From the NCBI GenBank assembly GCA_963790475.1, contig CAWBOS010000010.1, positions 1,600,001 through 1,664,000 of the forward strand: DNA of 64,000 nucleotides, given 5' to 3'. The DNA comes from an uncultured delta proteobacterium (lineage in GTDB: Bacteria; Desulfobacterota; RBG-13-43-22). The notes under the pieces were generated by a model. That model was given only the letters and a program-made list of their open reading frames with translations. It was not told where the DNA came from and made no database searches. Made by a program: the position numbers and the translations under genes. Shown one piece after another: positions 19,346 through 30,315 of this stretch; position 1 is the stretch's first letter, and each line of letters opens with the position of its first letter.

Positions 19346-19484
19346 ACAGGTTGCTCAAAAAGGTCCAGATACAAGGCGCCCGAAATCCTGAGGAATGAGG
19401 CGTACATAGAAGTACGTCGCAATGACGAAGGATAAGGGCAATCCCGCCGTTGGCGGGATAGATGGGCCTTTTTCAGCAACCTGT
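19346..19484. mobile_element. MITE-like element with a nested TCCCGCC-GTT-GGCGGGA palindrome
   Basis: Ends ACAGGTTGCTCAAAAAGGTCCA and TGGGCCTTTTTCAGCAACCTGT are inverted repeats; non-coding; hairpin at 19441-19459. Confidence 0.65.
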
Positions 19485-19513
19485 TAATCAAGTGCAGGAG
19501 GTGCGAAAAGAGC

Positions 19514-22322
19514 ATGAATAAAAATAAAATAAAAGCCAAAATAAAAGCCATAAAATCATCCAAGCCCAGGAAAAATAAAAAATATGTCTATTTCTTCGGA
19601 AAAGGCAAGGCGGACGGAAATGCCGACATGAAAAACCTGTTGGGCGGCAAAGGGGCCAATCTGGCGGAGATGACCAACCTGGGGGTAACCGTTCCGGCCG
19701 GATTCACCATCACCACCGAAGTCTGCACCTATTACTACCAAAACAAACAGACCTATCCTCTGGAAATGAACCGACAGATGGAGGCCGCCCTGGCCAGGGT
19801 CGAAAATATTATGGGCCGAAAATACGGCGACCCCGCGGACCCTCTTCTTTTATCCGTCCGCTCCGGGGCCAGAAGATCCATGCCGGGTATGATGGAAACC
19901 GTTTTGAATATCGGGCTGACGACCAAGACCATCCCCGGACTGATTAAAAGGACCAATAACGAACGTTTTGTCTATGATGCCTATCGCCGCCTGTTGATGA
20001 TGTATGCCGATGTGGTCATGGAAAAGGCCGCCGGTATCGAACCGGCCGAAGGGGAAGGGATCCGGCAAAAATTAGAACAGGCTATGGACCTGGTGAAAGA
20101 GAAGAAAGGCTACCATCAGGATACCGACCTGACCGCAGCCGACCTTAAAAGTCTGTGTGAAAATTTTAAGACCATCATCAAGGACACCCTGAAAAAAGAA
20201 TTTCCTGATGATCCTCAACAACAACTTCTGGGAGGAATCGGGGCGGTCTTTCATTCCTGGATGGGCAAACGGGCGGTTTCTTACCGTAAGATCGAAGGGA
20301 TTCCGGAAGATTGGGGGACAGCGGTCAACGTCCAGGCTATGGTCTTCGGCAACACCGGGGATACCTCGGCTACTGGGGTGGCCTTTACCCGGAACCCGGC
20401 CACCGGCGAAAATGTATTCTACGGTGAATGGCTGCCTAATGCCCAGGGCGAGGATGTGGTGGCCGGCATTCGAACCCCCAACCCGGTCAACGAGGCGGGG
20501 AAGACCTCGGATACCCGGCATTTGTCTTCCCTGGAAGAAATGATGCCCGACCTGTACCGACAATTATTCAAAATCCAGAAGAGATTGGAAAAACATTACA
20601 CCGATATGCAGGATATCGAGTTCACCATCGAGGATGGTAAACTCTGGATGCTTCAAACCCGTACCGGGAAACGAAACGGCCAGGCGGCCATCAGGATGGC
20701 CGTGGAAATGGCCGAGTCCCGGTTGATCAGCAAGGAAACCGCCTTACTCCGGGTCAATCCCGATCAGATCGATGAGCTCCTGCACCCCAGCGTGGATCCG
20801 GAGGCCGGGAAAAAGGCCGTCGAATTAGTCAAGGGACTGCCGGCCGGTCCGGGCGGGGCCTTCGGTCAAGTCGTCTTTACCGCCGATGATGCCGATCTCT
20901 GGAACAAACAAGGGAAAATGGTAATCCTGGTCCGTAATGAAACCTCTCCTGAAGATGTCCATGGCATGCATGCCGCCCAGGCCATCCTGACCGCTAAAGG
21001 AGGTATGACCAGTCATGCGGCCCTGGTGGCTCGGGGTTGGGGAAAATGCTGTGTGGTGGGGGCCAATGCCCTGGACATCGATGCCCATAATAAAATAATC
21101 CGGGTCAAAGGCCATGAACTTCGGGAAGGAGATTGGATCACCATGGACGGCACTCGGGGCCGTGTCTTTGAAGGCCAGCTCAAATTATTGCCGGCCGATC
21201 CGGCCAATAATCCCTGGTATCTGAAAATGATGAAATGGGCCGACCAAACCCGGAAATTAAAAATCAGGACCAATGCCGACCGGCCCGAAGATGCGAAAAT
21301 AGCCCGGTCCTTCGGGGCCGAGGGCATCGGCCTTACCCGGACGGAACATATGTTTTTCGAGGCCGACCGGATTCGGTCGGTACGGGAGATGATCCTTTCC
21401 GATACCCTGGAGGGTAGACAAAAAGCCCTGGCCAAACTGTTACCCACACAAAAGGCAGACTTCATCGGCATCTTTAAAGCCATGGATGGGCTTCCGGTGA
21501 CCATCCGCCTTCTGGACCCTCCCTTGCATGAATTCTTACCCAAGACCACTGAGGAGACTTCAGGAGCTTTCCGCGGAAATGAAGGTGTCCTTTACCCAAT
21601 TGAGAGCTAAAAACGAGTCCCTTCATGAATTCAATCCGATGCTGGGCCACCGGGGCTGCCGGCTGGGTATCACCTTCCCGGAAATTTATGAAATGCAGGT
21701 CCAGGCCATTATGGAGGCTGCCTGTGAATTGACCCAAAAAAAAGTCAAGGTTATTCCGGAAATCATGATCCCATTGGTCGGGCACGTCAACGAACTGGAA
21801 TCCATGCGCAAGCTGACCATCCGAATCGCAGAGGCAGTCCAGAAAGAAACCAAGGTCAAGGTGAACTATCTGGTAGGGACCATGATCGAGCTTCCCCGGG
21901 CCTGCATCACTTCCGATGAAATCGCCACCCAGGCCGACTTCTATTCCTTCGGCACCAACGACCTGACCCAGACCGTGTATGGTCTTTCCCGGGATGATGC
22001 CGGCGGTTTCCTGCCCTTTTACCAGGAACAACGAATCCTCCCGGACGATCCCTTTATCACTATTGATGTTGATGGGGTCGGGGCCTTTATGAAAATAGCC
22101 GTGGAAAAAGGACGGAAGGTCAAAAAGAATCTGAAGATCGGTATCTGCGGGGAACACGGCGGAGAGCCGCGATCAGTGGAATTCTGCCATTCCCTCAATC
22201 TGGATTATGTGAGTTGTTCTCCCTTCCGGGTGCCCATCGCCCGGCTGTCTGCGGCCCAGGCCGCCATCAAAGAGAAACCGGGGAAGAAGAAAGAAGAAGT
22301 GAAGAATGCCCGGAGAGGATAA
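19514..22322 (+). CDS. ppdK: Pyruvate phosphate dikinase (one +1 frameshift near 21557, probably an assembly error)
   Basis: LGGKGANLAEM, GGMTSHAA (phospho-His), GLTRTEHMF, RLLDPPLHEFLP, then in the next frame EFNPMLGHRGCR, SFGTNDLTQ, GICGEHGG. Confidence 0.93.
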
Positions 22323-22364
22323 ATGTTTCGGGGGATGCAAATGATAATGACAGCTTGATAAAAA

Positions 22365-22444
22365 GTCGTCACCCCTTGGTGAAAACCGGGGTCCAGGATT
22401 ATATCTAATTGACAATTCTGGATTCCGGCTTTCGCCGGAATGAC
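22365..22444. repeat. Family A REP-like repeat
   Basis: GTCGTCACCCC..GGTGAAAACCGGGGTCCAG..CTGGATTCCGGCTTTCGCCGGAATGAC. Confidence 0.8.
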
Positions 22445-22524
22445 TCTGAGGGGTAATTCCGACTTTTTACAAATCGCTGTAATATCGCCTCAGTGCGAAT
22501 AAAAGTTTAAAAAAGGAGAAAATT

Positions 22525-23149
22525 ATGTCAAGTCAAGATTCAAAAACAATGTTTGGCAACAAAATGTGGACCAAGGGGTTTGTTTCACTCTTCTGTCTCA
22601 TTTTCGCTATGGCAGTACTAATTCCCTCAATGGCTTTAAGCAGTTCGGATCGGCTGGTCGATGATAAGGAGTACAAGGACAAGGACTTCCACAAGGGCAT
22701 CATCACCGATTATACGGACATGGTCAAAGGAGACGAGGTGGACTGGGTGTGGGTCAAACCCGGAGAAAATCTCAGTCAATACCAGATAAAGCTGGGAACC
22801 ATTGAGAATAAATCGGATATGTTCAGCAAATCACTTAACTGACTCGGTTAAATCCATATTTGAAGAATACTTTTGCCAACGGAACCAAAAGGAAGCAAAG
22901 GGTACGCTCACGGCCGAGTTGTGTATTACCGAAGTGCAGAAATACAGCCCGGGTAAGGCCTGGATACCTTTTGCCGGAGGAAGACAAATGCAGGCCGGCA
23001 TAGGGATCGAAATGATTCTGCGGGATCAAGATAAAGGGATCATTGCCAAATTGAGGCATTTTGATCGGCAGGGCAGCGATGTCAGAGATGCTATTGAGGA
23101 AGTGGCCGGTCATATGACCAGATACATTTACAACGCATTAATAAAATAG
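22525..23149 (+). CDS. Exported protein (DUF4410-like), split by a frameshift near 22837
   Basis: Signal-peptide ORF 22525..22842 continues in another frame as TDSVKSIFEE..SPGKAWIPFAGG..; one extra A would restore a single ORF. Confidence 0.6.
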
Positions 23150-23271
23150 TAAATCAACTCATCTACAGACCTTGACCGGTTGCGAATTTGGCCTCCGGTT
23201 TCCGGCAGCAAATCCTGACCAAGAGGAGTAGAGAGCTTTTGCTTTACTCCTCTTGGTGCTTACCAACCTTC

Positions 23272-24300
23272 CTAATCCAAACGATAAACCCGTGTTGCCG
23301 TCTCTCGGAAAAGGGCATCCTTTTCTGACTCAGAAAAGCCGGCCACCATTTTCTTAAAGGCATTCCAGACCACATGGTAAGACAGGGAAAGCTTATCCAC
23401 CGGGAAATTGCTTTCAAACATGCAGCGCTCCGGCCCGAAGCATTCAATGGTATGCAGATAATACCTTTTTTGAGCTTCGATAAATTCGTCCGATGAAGGA
23501 GGGATTTCCCGCGTATGCCAGCCGAAACCGTTATCGGGCATGGCCAACCCGCCGAGCTTAGCGAAAACATTTTCACATTTGGCGATTTCGGCCATATCCT
23601 TTTTCCATTGGACAAAAATTTCCTCCCGTTTATCGCGGTAGGGACCAACACCCAACGGGGTCCCGAAATGATTCAGGATCATCCGGGTTCCCGGTACGGC
23701 CCGGGCCAACTCGGCAAAGGCCGGATTCTGGTGATGATAATGCCAGGTGTCATAGGTAAGTCCCCGGCGGCCCAATTCCCTCATCCCCTGTCTGAAGTCT
23801 TCTCTTTGATACAAATGCTCCGGTGCACGGCCGGGAATGGAAAGGGCTTCCCTGTTTTTATCACTTGCCCCTGCATGACGAATTCCCTTAAACAATCCCG
23901 GTCCGGCCTCTTCATGGGCTTGTAGCACCTCTCCGAGCCGGTCACCCAGGGTCAGGTCTGCATGGGCCACAATACCGGATATTTCAGCCCCCCCTTTTCC
24001 CCCTTTGGCGCTTTCCGCGGCGATCCCAGCCACAAACTCCGTTTCACCGACAGGACGCAGATGTTCCGGACCTTCGGTTCGGTAGCCGGAATGACATTCA
24101 ATAAAGACTGTTTTGACGATATGATGCCCGGAACCTGTATCGGCCCACAGGTCTTTTAACAAATAAGATCGCCCGCCCGGTCTTTCCCATAAATGGTGAT
24201 GTGGATCAACAATGGGACGTTCAGGTTCCACAATTTCTTCAACCACCTGGGCCAGCCACTCAGGGGTTCCCGGAACTGGTTTAGACATAATTTTCTCCAT
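23272..24300 (-). CDS. Amidohydrolase_2 family metal-dependent hydrolase (lactonase-like)
   Basis: IVDPHHHLW, KGIRH, ILNHFG, KLGGL, RCMFESNFPVD. Confidence 0.88.
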   Translation of the reverse strand: MEKIMSKPVPGTPEWLAQVVEEIVEPERPIVDPHHHLWERPGGRSYLLKDLWADTGSGHHIVKTVFIECHSGYRTEGPEHLRPVGETEFVAGIAAESAKGGKGGAEISGIVAHADLTLGDRLGEVLQAHEEAGPGLFKGIRHAGASDKNREALSIPGRAPEHLYQREDFRQGMRELGRRGLTYDTWHYHHQNPAFAELARAVPGTRMILNHFGTPLGVGPYRDKREEIFVQWKKDMAEIAKCENVFAKLGGLAMPDNGFGWHTREIPPSSDEFIEAQKRYYLHTIECFGPERCMFESNFPVDKLSLSYHVVWNAFKKMVAGFSESEKDALFRETATRVYRLD

Positions 24301-24374
24301 TAACCGCTTAGTGTTTTATACATCGACAATATTTTGTCGATGTGTTTCTTTTTTGCTGATGCGCCCCCTTATCC

Positions 24375-24465
24375 GTCATTCCGGCAGGTTATTAGCCGGA
24401 ATCCAGGGACTTTGATTTCTCATTTTTTTTAACCTGGATTCCCGATAAAGACATTCGGGAATGAC
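24375..24465. repeat. Family A REP-like repeat
   Basis: GTCATTCCGGC..GCCGGAATCCAG..CTGGATTCCCGA..TCGGGAATGAC. Confidence 0.75.
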
Positions 24466-24479
24466 GAAAAAAGCGCCAT

Positions 24480-25679
24480 TCAATCATCTATAGCCTGCGT
24501 AGCCAGTGTCTGCATATCCATCCTGATATTGAGATGATCGTAGGGACGCACCTGGGTAAGGACCATTCCGAATAATTTTTCTACAGGATCATTCCACCAA
24601 TAGGTGCAAAAAGCGCCTCCCCAGGTATAGGAACCTTCCGAGGCCATGTTATGGGTCTGCCCCCGGTCCAAAGTAACGCCGAACCCCAGGCCGAATCCGT
24701 TGCCCGGGCCGGTCAACCAGACCGGTCGATTGCCTATGTGACTCTTGGTCATCAACTCGATCGTTTTACGGCTCAGTATTCTCTTCTCTCCGCTCTTTCC
24801 CCCGCTCATCAGCATATTGGCGAATTGGAAATAATCCTTGGCCGTAGAGACCAATCCGCCGGACCCCATATAATAAATGCCGGGCTTGCTGAGCCAAAAA
24901 CTCTCCATCGTATCAGGATCGGTCAGTTTGATTTTCTTATCATCCCCCGGTGTGTACGCCACGGCAAAACTGGACAGTTTTTCTTCAGGCAGGAAGAAAT
25001 GGGAGTCCATCATGCCCAGCGGTTCGAAAATATGCTCTTTAAAAAAATCCGCCAGGGTTTGTCCTGATAATACTTCGACCAGCCGGCCCACAACGCAGGT
25101 GGCGCGGGAATAATCCCACACGGTCCCGGGATGATTGTTAAGAGGAACCGTGGCCAGCCGGTCCACAAAGTCACCAATGACCTCTTTGCGGCTGCGGAAT
25201 TTTGTGGTTTGCCTATAAATCTCCTGGTTTTTGGGATTGTATTCAGTGGCAAACCCGGCGGTGTGGGTTAGGATATGCCAGACATTGATGGGAGGGTCGG
25301 CCGGTACCAGATCATATCCTCTTCCGCTTTTGTAAATGGCCACCTGCATATTCTTAAAAGCCGGCAACCATTTGGAGATGGGATCCCCCAGTTGAAATTT
25401 ACCCTGTTCGTACAGCATCATCAAGGCCACAGAGGTTATGGGTTTGGTCATGGAAGCCATTCGGAATATGGTATCTTTGGTCATGGGAATCTGTTTTTCC
25501 ACATTCTGAAAACCCTGGACTTCGAAATGAACGATCTTTCCCTGACGGGCGACCATGGTGACCGCGCCCGGGATCAGTTGCTTTTGAATATACCCCCGGA
25601 TCATGGCTTGGATAAGTTTCAGACGTTCCGAAGACATCCCCACTTCAGCGGGATCGGTAAAAGGCAGGTTGTTGGTCAT
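24480..25679 (-). CDS. Serine hydrolase, beta-lactamase/esterase family
   Basis: FRMASMTK (SxxK), ILTHTAG, PGTVWDYS, GSGGLVST, WGGA. Confidence 0.9.
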   Translation of the reverse strand: MTNNLPFTDPAEVGMSSERLKLIQAMIRGYIQKQLIPGAVTMVARQGKIVHFEVQGFQNVEKQIPMTKDTIFRMASMTKPITSVALMMLYEQGKFQLGDPISKWLPAFKNMQVAIYKSGRGYDLVPADPPINVWHILTHTAGFATEYNPKNQEIYRQTTKFRSRKEVIGDFVDRLATVPLNNHPGTVWDYSRATCVVGRLVEVLSGQTLADFFKEHIFEPLGMMDSHFFLPEEKLSSFAVAYTPGDDKKIKLTDPDTMESFWLSKPGIYYMGSGGLVSTAKDYFQFANMLMSGGKSGEKRILSRKTIELMTKSHIGNRPVWLTGPGNGFGLGFGVTLDRGQTHNMASEGSYTWGGAFCTYWWNDPVEKLFGMVLTQVRPYDHLNIRMDMQTLATQAIDD

Positions 25680-26006
25680 CGTTTTCCTCCAATGAATTTA
25701 TTTTTAAGAATTAATTTGAATCTTCTCCTGATGGATTTTTATTTTGTATATCTTTCCCGGCCAAATAAGTCAAACGTAATTGTGTTAAAGAACAGGCCTG
25801 AGGAAACCAATTGGAATCCAATGGGACTCAAGGTTCTTGACTCCCTTCACTTTGCCGAAAGCAACCTGGATAGCTCCGGCTCCCCCTGATTGCGGTCGAA
25901 ACGGCTGAACCGGTTAAAAGCGAAGGGGGGGCAACTTCATGGTTGCCTTGACAGTCCAAAGAGCCCTGTGATAGATTCTGTTTCATTACTGCCCGGAAGG
26001 AATAGT

Positions 26007-27458
26007 ATGACTGCTCCAGGATCGAAAAATATAATTGATGAAATATTTCATCCCAGGTCGATTGCCGTTATAGGCGCCCGTTCCAACGAATCAATGGAAA
26101 ACGACGGTTGGGTGTCCCGATTAATCGCCTTTGGTTATGCCGGCACGATCTACCCGATCAATCCCAAAGCCACCGAAATCATGGGGCTCAAGACCTATCC
26201 AACCATCAGGGACGTTCCTGGACCTGTGGACCTGGCCATTTTCAATGTCCCTTTTAGAGTATCGGATAAAATCATGGCCGATTGCGCGGCCAAGGGGGTC
26301 AAATTCGTTCATGTTTATACTGCCGGATTCAGCGAGACCGGCAAGCCGGAGGGGATCAGACTGCAAAACGAAATTGAACGCATTGCCGGAGAGGCCGGCA
26401 TCAGAGTGATCGGTCCCAATTGCATGGGTCTGTATTATCCTCACGGGGGTCTGACTTTCGGCCGGATGTTGTCAAAGATACCGGGCCCGGTGGCCTTTGT
26501 TTCCCAGAGCGGGGCCTCGGCTTCCCGGGTGGTGGCCCAGGGTAATGAAAGGGGTATTTTTTTCAGCAAGGTGGTTAGTTACGGAAACGCCATTGATCTC
26601 GACGGGACGGACTTCATCGAGTATCTGTCGAACGATCCGGAAACTCAGGTCATCGCCTCCTATGTTGAAGGGGTTAAGGACGGCCGCCGATATTTTAATG
26701 CGATCCGGGAATGCACCGGGAAAAAACCGGTCATCGCTCTAAAGGCCGGTATTACCGAAGGCGGCAGCCGGGCGGCAGCCTCTCATACGGCAGTCCTGGC
26801 CGGTTCGGAAATCATTTGGGATTCCTTTTTCAGACAGACCGGGGTCATCCGGGTTGACGATCTGGAGGAGTTGCTTGATGTGGCCCTGGCCTTCATCCAT
26901 CTCCATCGTCCGGCCGGGCGACAGGTCGGAATCGTCGGTCGAGGAGGCGGATTGGGGGTGGTGGCTACGGACATGTGCGAAAAAGCCGGTTTAAAGGTCC
27001 CTCAATTTCAGTTGGAAACGCAAAAACGACTGGAACAACTGATTCCCGACGCGGGGACGAGTGCCAGAAATCCGGTGGAGCCTGATAAGGGATTGGCCGC
27101 CTGGGCCGCCTTTTATGAAGAAGGATTGAAAGCCATCGATGCGGACCCAGGTATCGATATCATATTGACCCACCTCGGGATCGATATCTATGGGGGAATC
27201 GGAGTTCGCTTGAGCCAGTCCCTGGATGAAACCATCGGCATCCTCCTCAAACTCTCTAAACGATTGTCCAAGCCTCTGGTGATTGTCCTTTACTCGGGTG
27301 GACGGGCGGAAACGATCAATGCCGTACTCTTAGCCCAACAAAAGTGCTTGGAAGCGGGGATCCCGGTTTATCCCAGCGTACCCTCAGCCGCTAAAGCCAT
27401 CAGCCGTTTTATCGGCTATTACGAATTCCTGGATCGAAAATCGGGGCATCCGAAATAA
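26007..27458 (+). CDS. ADP-forming acyl-CoA synthetase alpha-type subunit (CoA-binding and ligase domains)
   Basis: PRSIAVIGA, YPINPK, IGPNCMG, VSQSG, SYGNAID, AAASHTA (phospho-His); no ATP-grasp domain; start chosen after SD GGAAGG and TTGACA-18-TAGATT. Confidence 0.87.
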   Translation: MTAPGSKNIIDEIFHPRSIAVIGARSNESMENDGWVSRLIAFGYAGTIYPINPKATEIMGLKTYPTIRDVPGPVDLAIFNVPFRVSDKIMADCAAKGVKFVHVYTAGFSETGKPEGIRLQNEIERIAGEAGIRVIGPNCMGLYYPHGGLTFGRMLSKIPGPVAFVSQSGASASRVVAQGNERGIFFSKVVSYGNAIDLDGTDFIEYLSNDPETQVIASYVEGVKDGRRYFNAIRECTGKKPVIALKAGITEGGSRAAASHTAVLAGSEIIWDSFFRQTGVIRVDDLEELLDVALAFIHLHRPAGRQVGIVGRGGGLGVVATDMCEKAGLKVPQFQLETQKRLEQLIPDAGTSARNPVEPDKGLAAWAAFYEEGLKAIDADPGIDIILTHLGIDIYGGIGVRLSQSLDETIGILLKLSKRLSKPLVIVLYSGGRAETINAVLLAQQKCLEAGIPVYPSVPSAAKAISRFIGYYEFLDRKSGHPK

Positions 27459-27505
27459 CCTAAAAAAACAGGTACCACTTTAGACTTATAAAAAATAAAT
27501 TATCC

Positions 27506-27670
27506 GACAGGATTAACAGGATTTATAAGTATTTTGCTCAGGCTCCGAGAGATCCTGAGCAACTTCGATCCGCTTCTAACGGAAACTGAGGCGTCTATTC
27601 GCAGGACGATATGGTTTGTGCCTTTCTTCCGGAAAGGCACAAAAATCAAGGTGATCCTGTAAATCCTGTC
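27506..27670. repeat. MITE-like repeat, family B
   Basis: GACAGGATTAACAGGATT..GATCCTGTAAATCCTGTC; inverted homolog of 7570-7768. Confidence 0.8.
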
Positions 27671-27790
27671 TGATAAAAATTGCGAAATTTAAAAAGCTAA
27701 ACGGGTACAAATAAAAGAAGAATCACTATCTAATCTCTTTTGTTACCTATTCAGAATGGGTGTCAATCCTAAGGGAGAAAGGAGTGTACC

Positions 27791-28558
27791 ATGGGAAAAC
27801 TTGATGGAAAGGTGGCTATTGTAACCGGTGCCAGTCGGGGGATCGGAAAAGCAGTCGCAATTGAATTTGCCAAGGAACGGGCCCGAGTGGTAGTTGCCGG
27901 CCGAACGGTTGAGCCGTTAAAAACCGGTTTGTCCGGGACCATTCTTGATACCGCCGAGGCGATTAAAGCCGCGGGCGGCCAGGCCCTGGCTATTAAGACG
28001 AATGTCATGGTCGAAGACGAGGTCCAGGCCATGGTGCAGCAGGTGTTAAAAGAATGGGGCAGGATAGATATCCTGGTCAACAACGCGGCAGTAGCGGCCC
28101 CCGGCCCCTTCGCCGAGACGACGACCCGTCGCTGGAATCTGGTCATAGGGGTGAACCTCCTGGGGACTTTCCTGTGCACCAAAGCCGTCCTCCCCATCAT
28201 GATGAAACAGAAAGGAGGGAGCATTATCAATACCAGTTCCGGCGCGGCAGACAGCAGGGTGTACGGGGTCACCGGAATCGCCTATGGCACGGCCAAGGCG
28301 GCGATTGAGCATTATACCTGCAGCTTGGCTGCTGAGCTTGGTCCGTATAATATTGCCGTCAACTGTTACAAGCCGGCTCAGGGAGTGGCTACAGAAGGAT
28401 ATGTATTCAATTTGCCGCCGGGATACGATAAGTCACGGTTGATCGGCCCAGAGAAAATGGTCAAGGCGGCCATTTTCTTGGCTCAACAGGATGCCAAGGG
28501 GGTTACAGGATGCGTGGCCAGGGATGAGGAGATCATCCAGTGGCACGGGTTAAAATAA
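27791..28558 (+). CDS. Short-chain dehydrogenase/reductase
   Basis: TGASRGIG, DILVNNAA, YGTAK (YxxxK). Confidence 0.93.
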   Translation: MGKLDGKVAIVTGASRGIGKAVAIEFAKERARVVVAGRTVEPLKTGLSGTILDTAEAIKAAGGQALAIKTNVMVEDEVQAMVQQVLKEWGRIDILVNNAAVAAPGPFAETTTRRWNLVIGVNLLGTFLCTKAVLPIMMKQKGGSIINTSSGAADSRVYGVTGIAYGTAKAAIEHYTCSLAAELGPYNIAVNCYKPAQGVATEGYVFNLPPGYDKSRLIGPEKMVKAAIFLAQQDAKGVTGCVARDEEIIQWHGLK

Positions 28559-28760
28559 GGCTTATTCCCATTTTTGCAGACGCCCGAAACACGAAAATTT
28601 TTCTAAGGTTTCAAGGAGCCAAGGGGTCAAGGTTTCAAGGTTTCAAGGGAAAAACTTGGAGACTAAAGACCTTGAACCCACTCGGCTGAGCTCGTCGCAT
28701 GCCTCGAACCCTGGAATCCTATAACCCTTTTTTTCGAACTAATGAAAGGAGCACATCATC

Positions 28761-29909
28761 ATGGACTTTATGTTTACCGAAGAACAAAAGGAATTGAGAC
28801 GCCGAGTACGGAAGTTCGCTGAGGAAAAGCTTGCTCCCCTGGCACCCGTGGTCGACGAGTCTGAAGAGATTTCCTGGGACCTGGTCAAGTTGCTGGCCGA
28901 TGAAGGGCTCCTTCGCCTGATGGTACCTAAAGAGTATGGCGGAGACGGAATGGTAAGCTGCGTCAACATTTCCATTGTGCGGGAGGAGTTCAGCCGGATA
29001 TGTAGTGCTGCCGCTTCCATCTTCACCATGCAGGGTCTGGGGACTTACCCTATTACACTTTTCGGCACCGACGAACAAAAGCGCAAATACTTGTCTCCCA
29101 TAGGGAATGGGGAGAGATTAGCCGCCTTTGCTCTCAGCGAACCCGATGCCGGCTCTGATGTCGCCCGGATGAAGACCACTGCCGTTCTGGATGGAGACCA
29201 TTACGTCCTGAACGGGTCAAAGCGCTGGATCAGTCAGGGACCGGCCGCTGAAATTTACACCGTTTTCGCGAAGACCGATCCGGCCCAAGGCAATAAAGGC
29301 ATCTCCGCTTTTATCGTAGAGAAGGGGACCCCGGGCTTCGACCCCAGCCGGAAAATGAAGCTGATGGCCGCTCACTGTATCTGTGAGCCGAGATTTGAGA
29401 ATTGCCGCGTTCCCAAGGGAAATCTCCTGGGCGAACTGAACCGGGGAATGAGGATTTCCATGGAGAACCTGGATATGTTTCGCACTACAGTGGGGGCAAC
29501 GGCGGTGGGATACGCTCAAAGGGCCTATGAGGAGGCTAAGACCCGAGCCAAGGGCAGGATTGTCTTTAACCAGCCCCTGTCTGAGTTCCAGGTCACCCAG
29601 TTTAAGTTGGCCGATATGGCCACCGAAATCCAGGCTGCCCGGCTGATGGTCTACTGGGCCGCTAAAAAGAAGGACCAGGGCCAAGACTGGCGAACGGTAA
29701 TGACTTCGGCCTCCATGGCCAAACTCTTCGCCACGGAAGTGTGTCATAGAGTGGTCGACGAGTCACTTCAAATCCACGGGGGTACCGGCCTCATTAAAGG
29801 AACCCCCATCGAACGCATTTACCGGATGCAGCGATCTCTTCGCATCTATGAAGGGGCCTCAGAAATCCAACGGATAACCATCGCCCGAAGCATTCTAAGA
29901 GAGGATTAG
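28761..29909 (+). CDS. Acyl-CoA dehydrogenase
   Basis: FALSEPDAGSD, LNGSKRWIS, QFKLADM, QIHGGTG, RIYEGASEIQ. Confidence 0.95.
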   Translation: MDFMFTEEQKELRRRVRKFAEEKLAPLAPVVDESEEISWDLVKLLADEGLLRLMVPKEYGGDGMVSCVNISIVREEFSRICSAAASIFTMQGLGTYPITLFGTDEQKRKYLSPIGNGERLAAFALSEPDAGSDVARMKTTAVLDGDHYVLNGSKRWISQGPAAEIYTVFAKTDPAQGNKGISAFIVEKGTPGFDPSRKMKLMAAHCICEPRFENCRVPKGNLLGELNRGMRISMENLDMFRTTVGATAVGYAQRAYEEAKTRAKGRIVFNQPLSEFQVTQFKLADMATEIQAARLMVYWAAKKKDQGQDWRTVMTSASMAKLFATEVCHRVVDESLQIHGGTGLIKGTPIERIYRMQRSLRIYEGASEIQRITIARSILRED

Positions 29910-30315
29910 GGAAGAAGTCGTAAATATCAGGAGGTCAAATCTTCTTCAGCCACATCAGGCGGGATATTTTCTTTGAAAGCGTGCGGCAACTGATGCGGGA
30001 ATTCGTTGGTCAGAGTAAAGAATCGGTTCAGGGGGGGAAGGCAACAGAATGAGTCGATAACCCAGGCATCGCCCATAAACGAAACGATGCCCGGGTTAAT
30101 CTTTTTCCCGGTTGATCCCTATGAGTCTCCCGACCGCATAGCGGCAAATCCAAGAAGCAATATAATATTGGAAATAAAATTGCGGAAGTGTCCCTTCTCC
30201 TTGGAAGAAGAATTGCTTTCTGTAACATTGTCTTTCGTATTTTCCTGATTATACCAGAGTTCAATCGCTAATCGCCGACGAACCCCTTCCAGCCCCTTCC
30301 AGGGAAAAATCCCCA

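Noticed and set aside
22840-22842. TGA as selenocysteine
   Set aside because: A TAA follows three codons later, and the protein continues in a different frame
30130-30190. c-di-GMP-I (GEMM) riboswitch (GGCAAA-TCCAA..TTGGA)
   Set aside because: Lacks the GNRA loop and the GACGCAAA junction; no second stem
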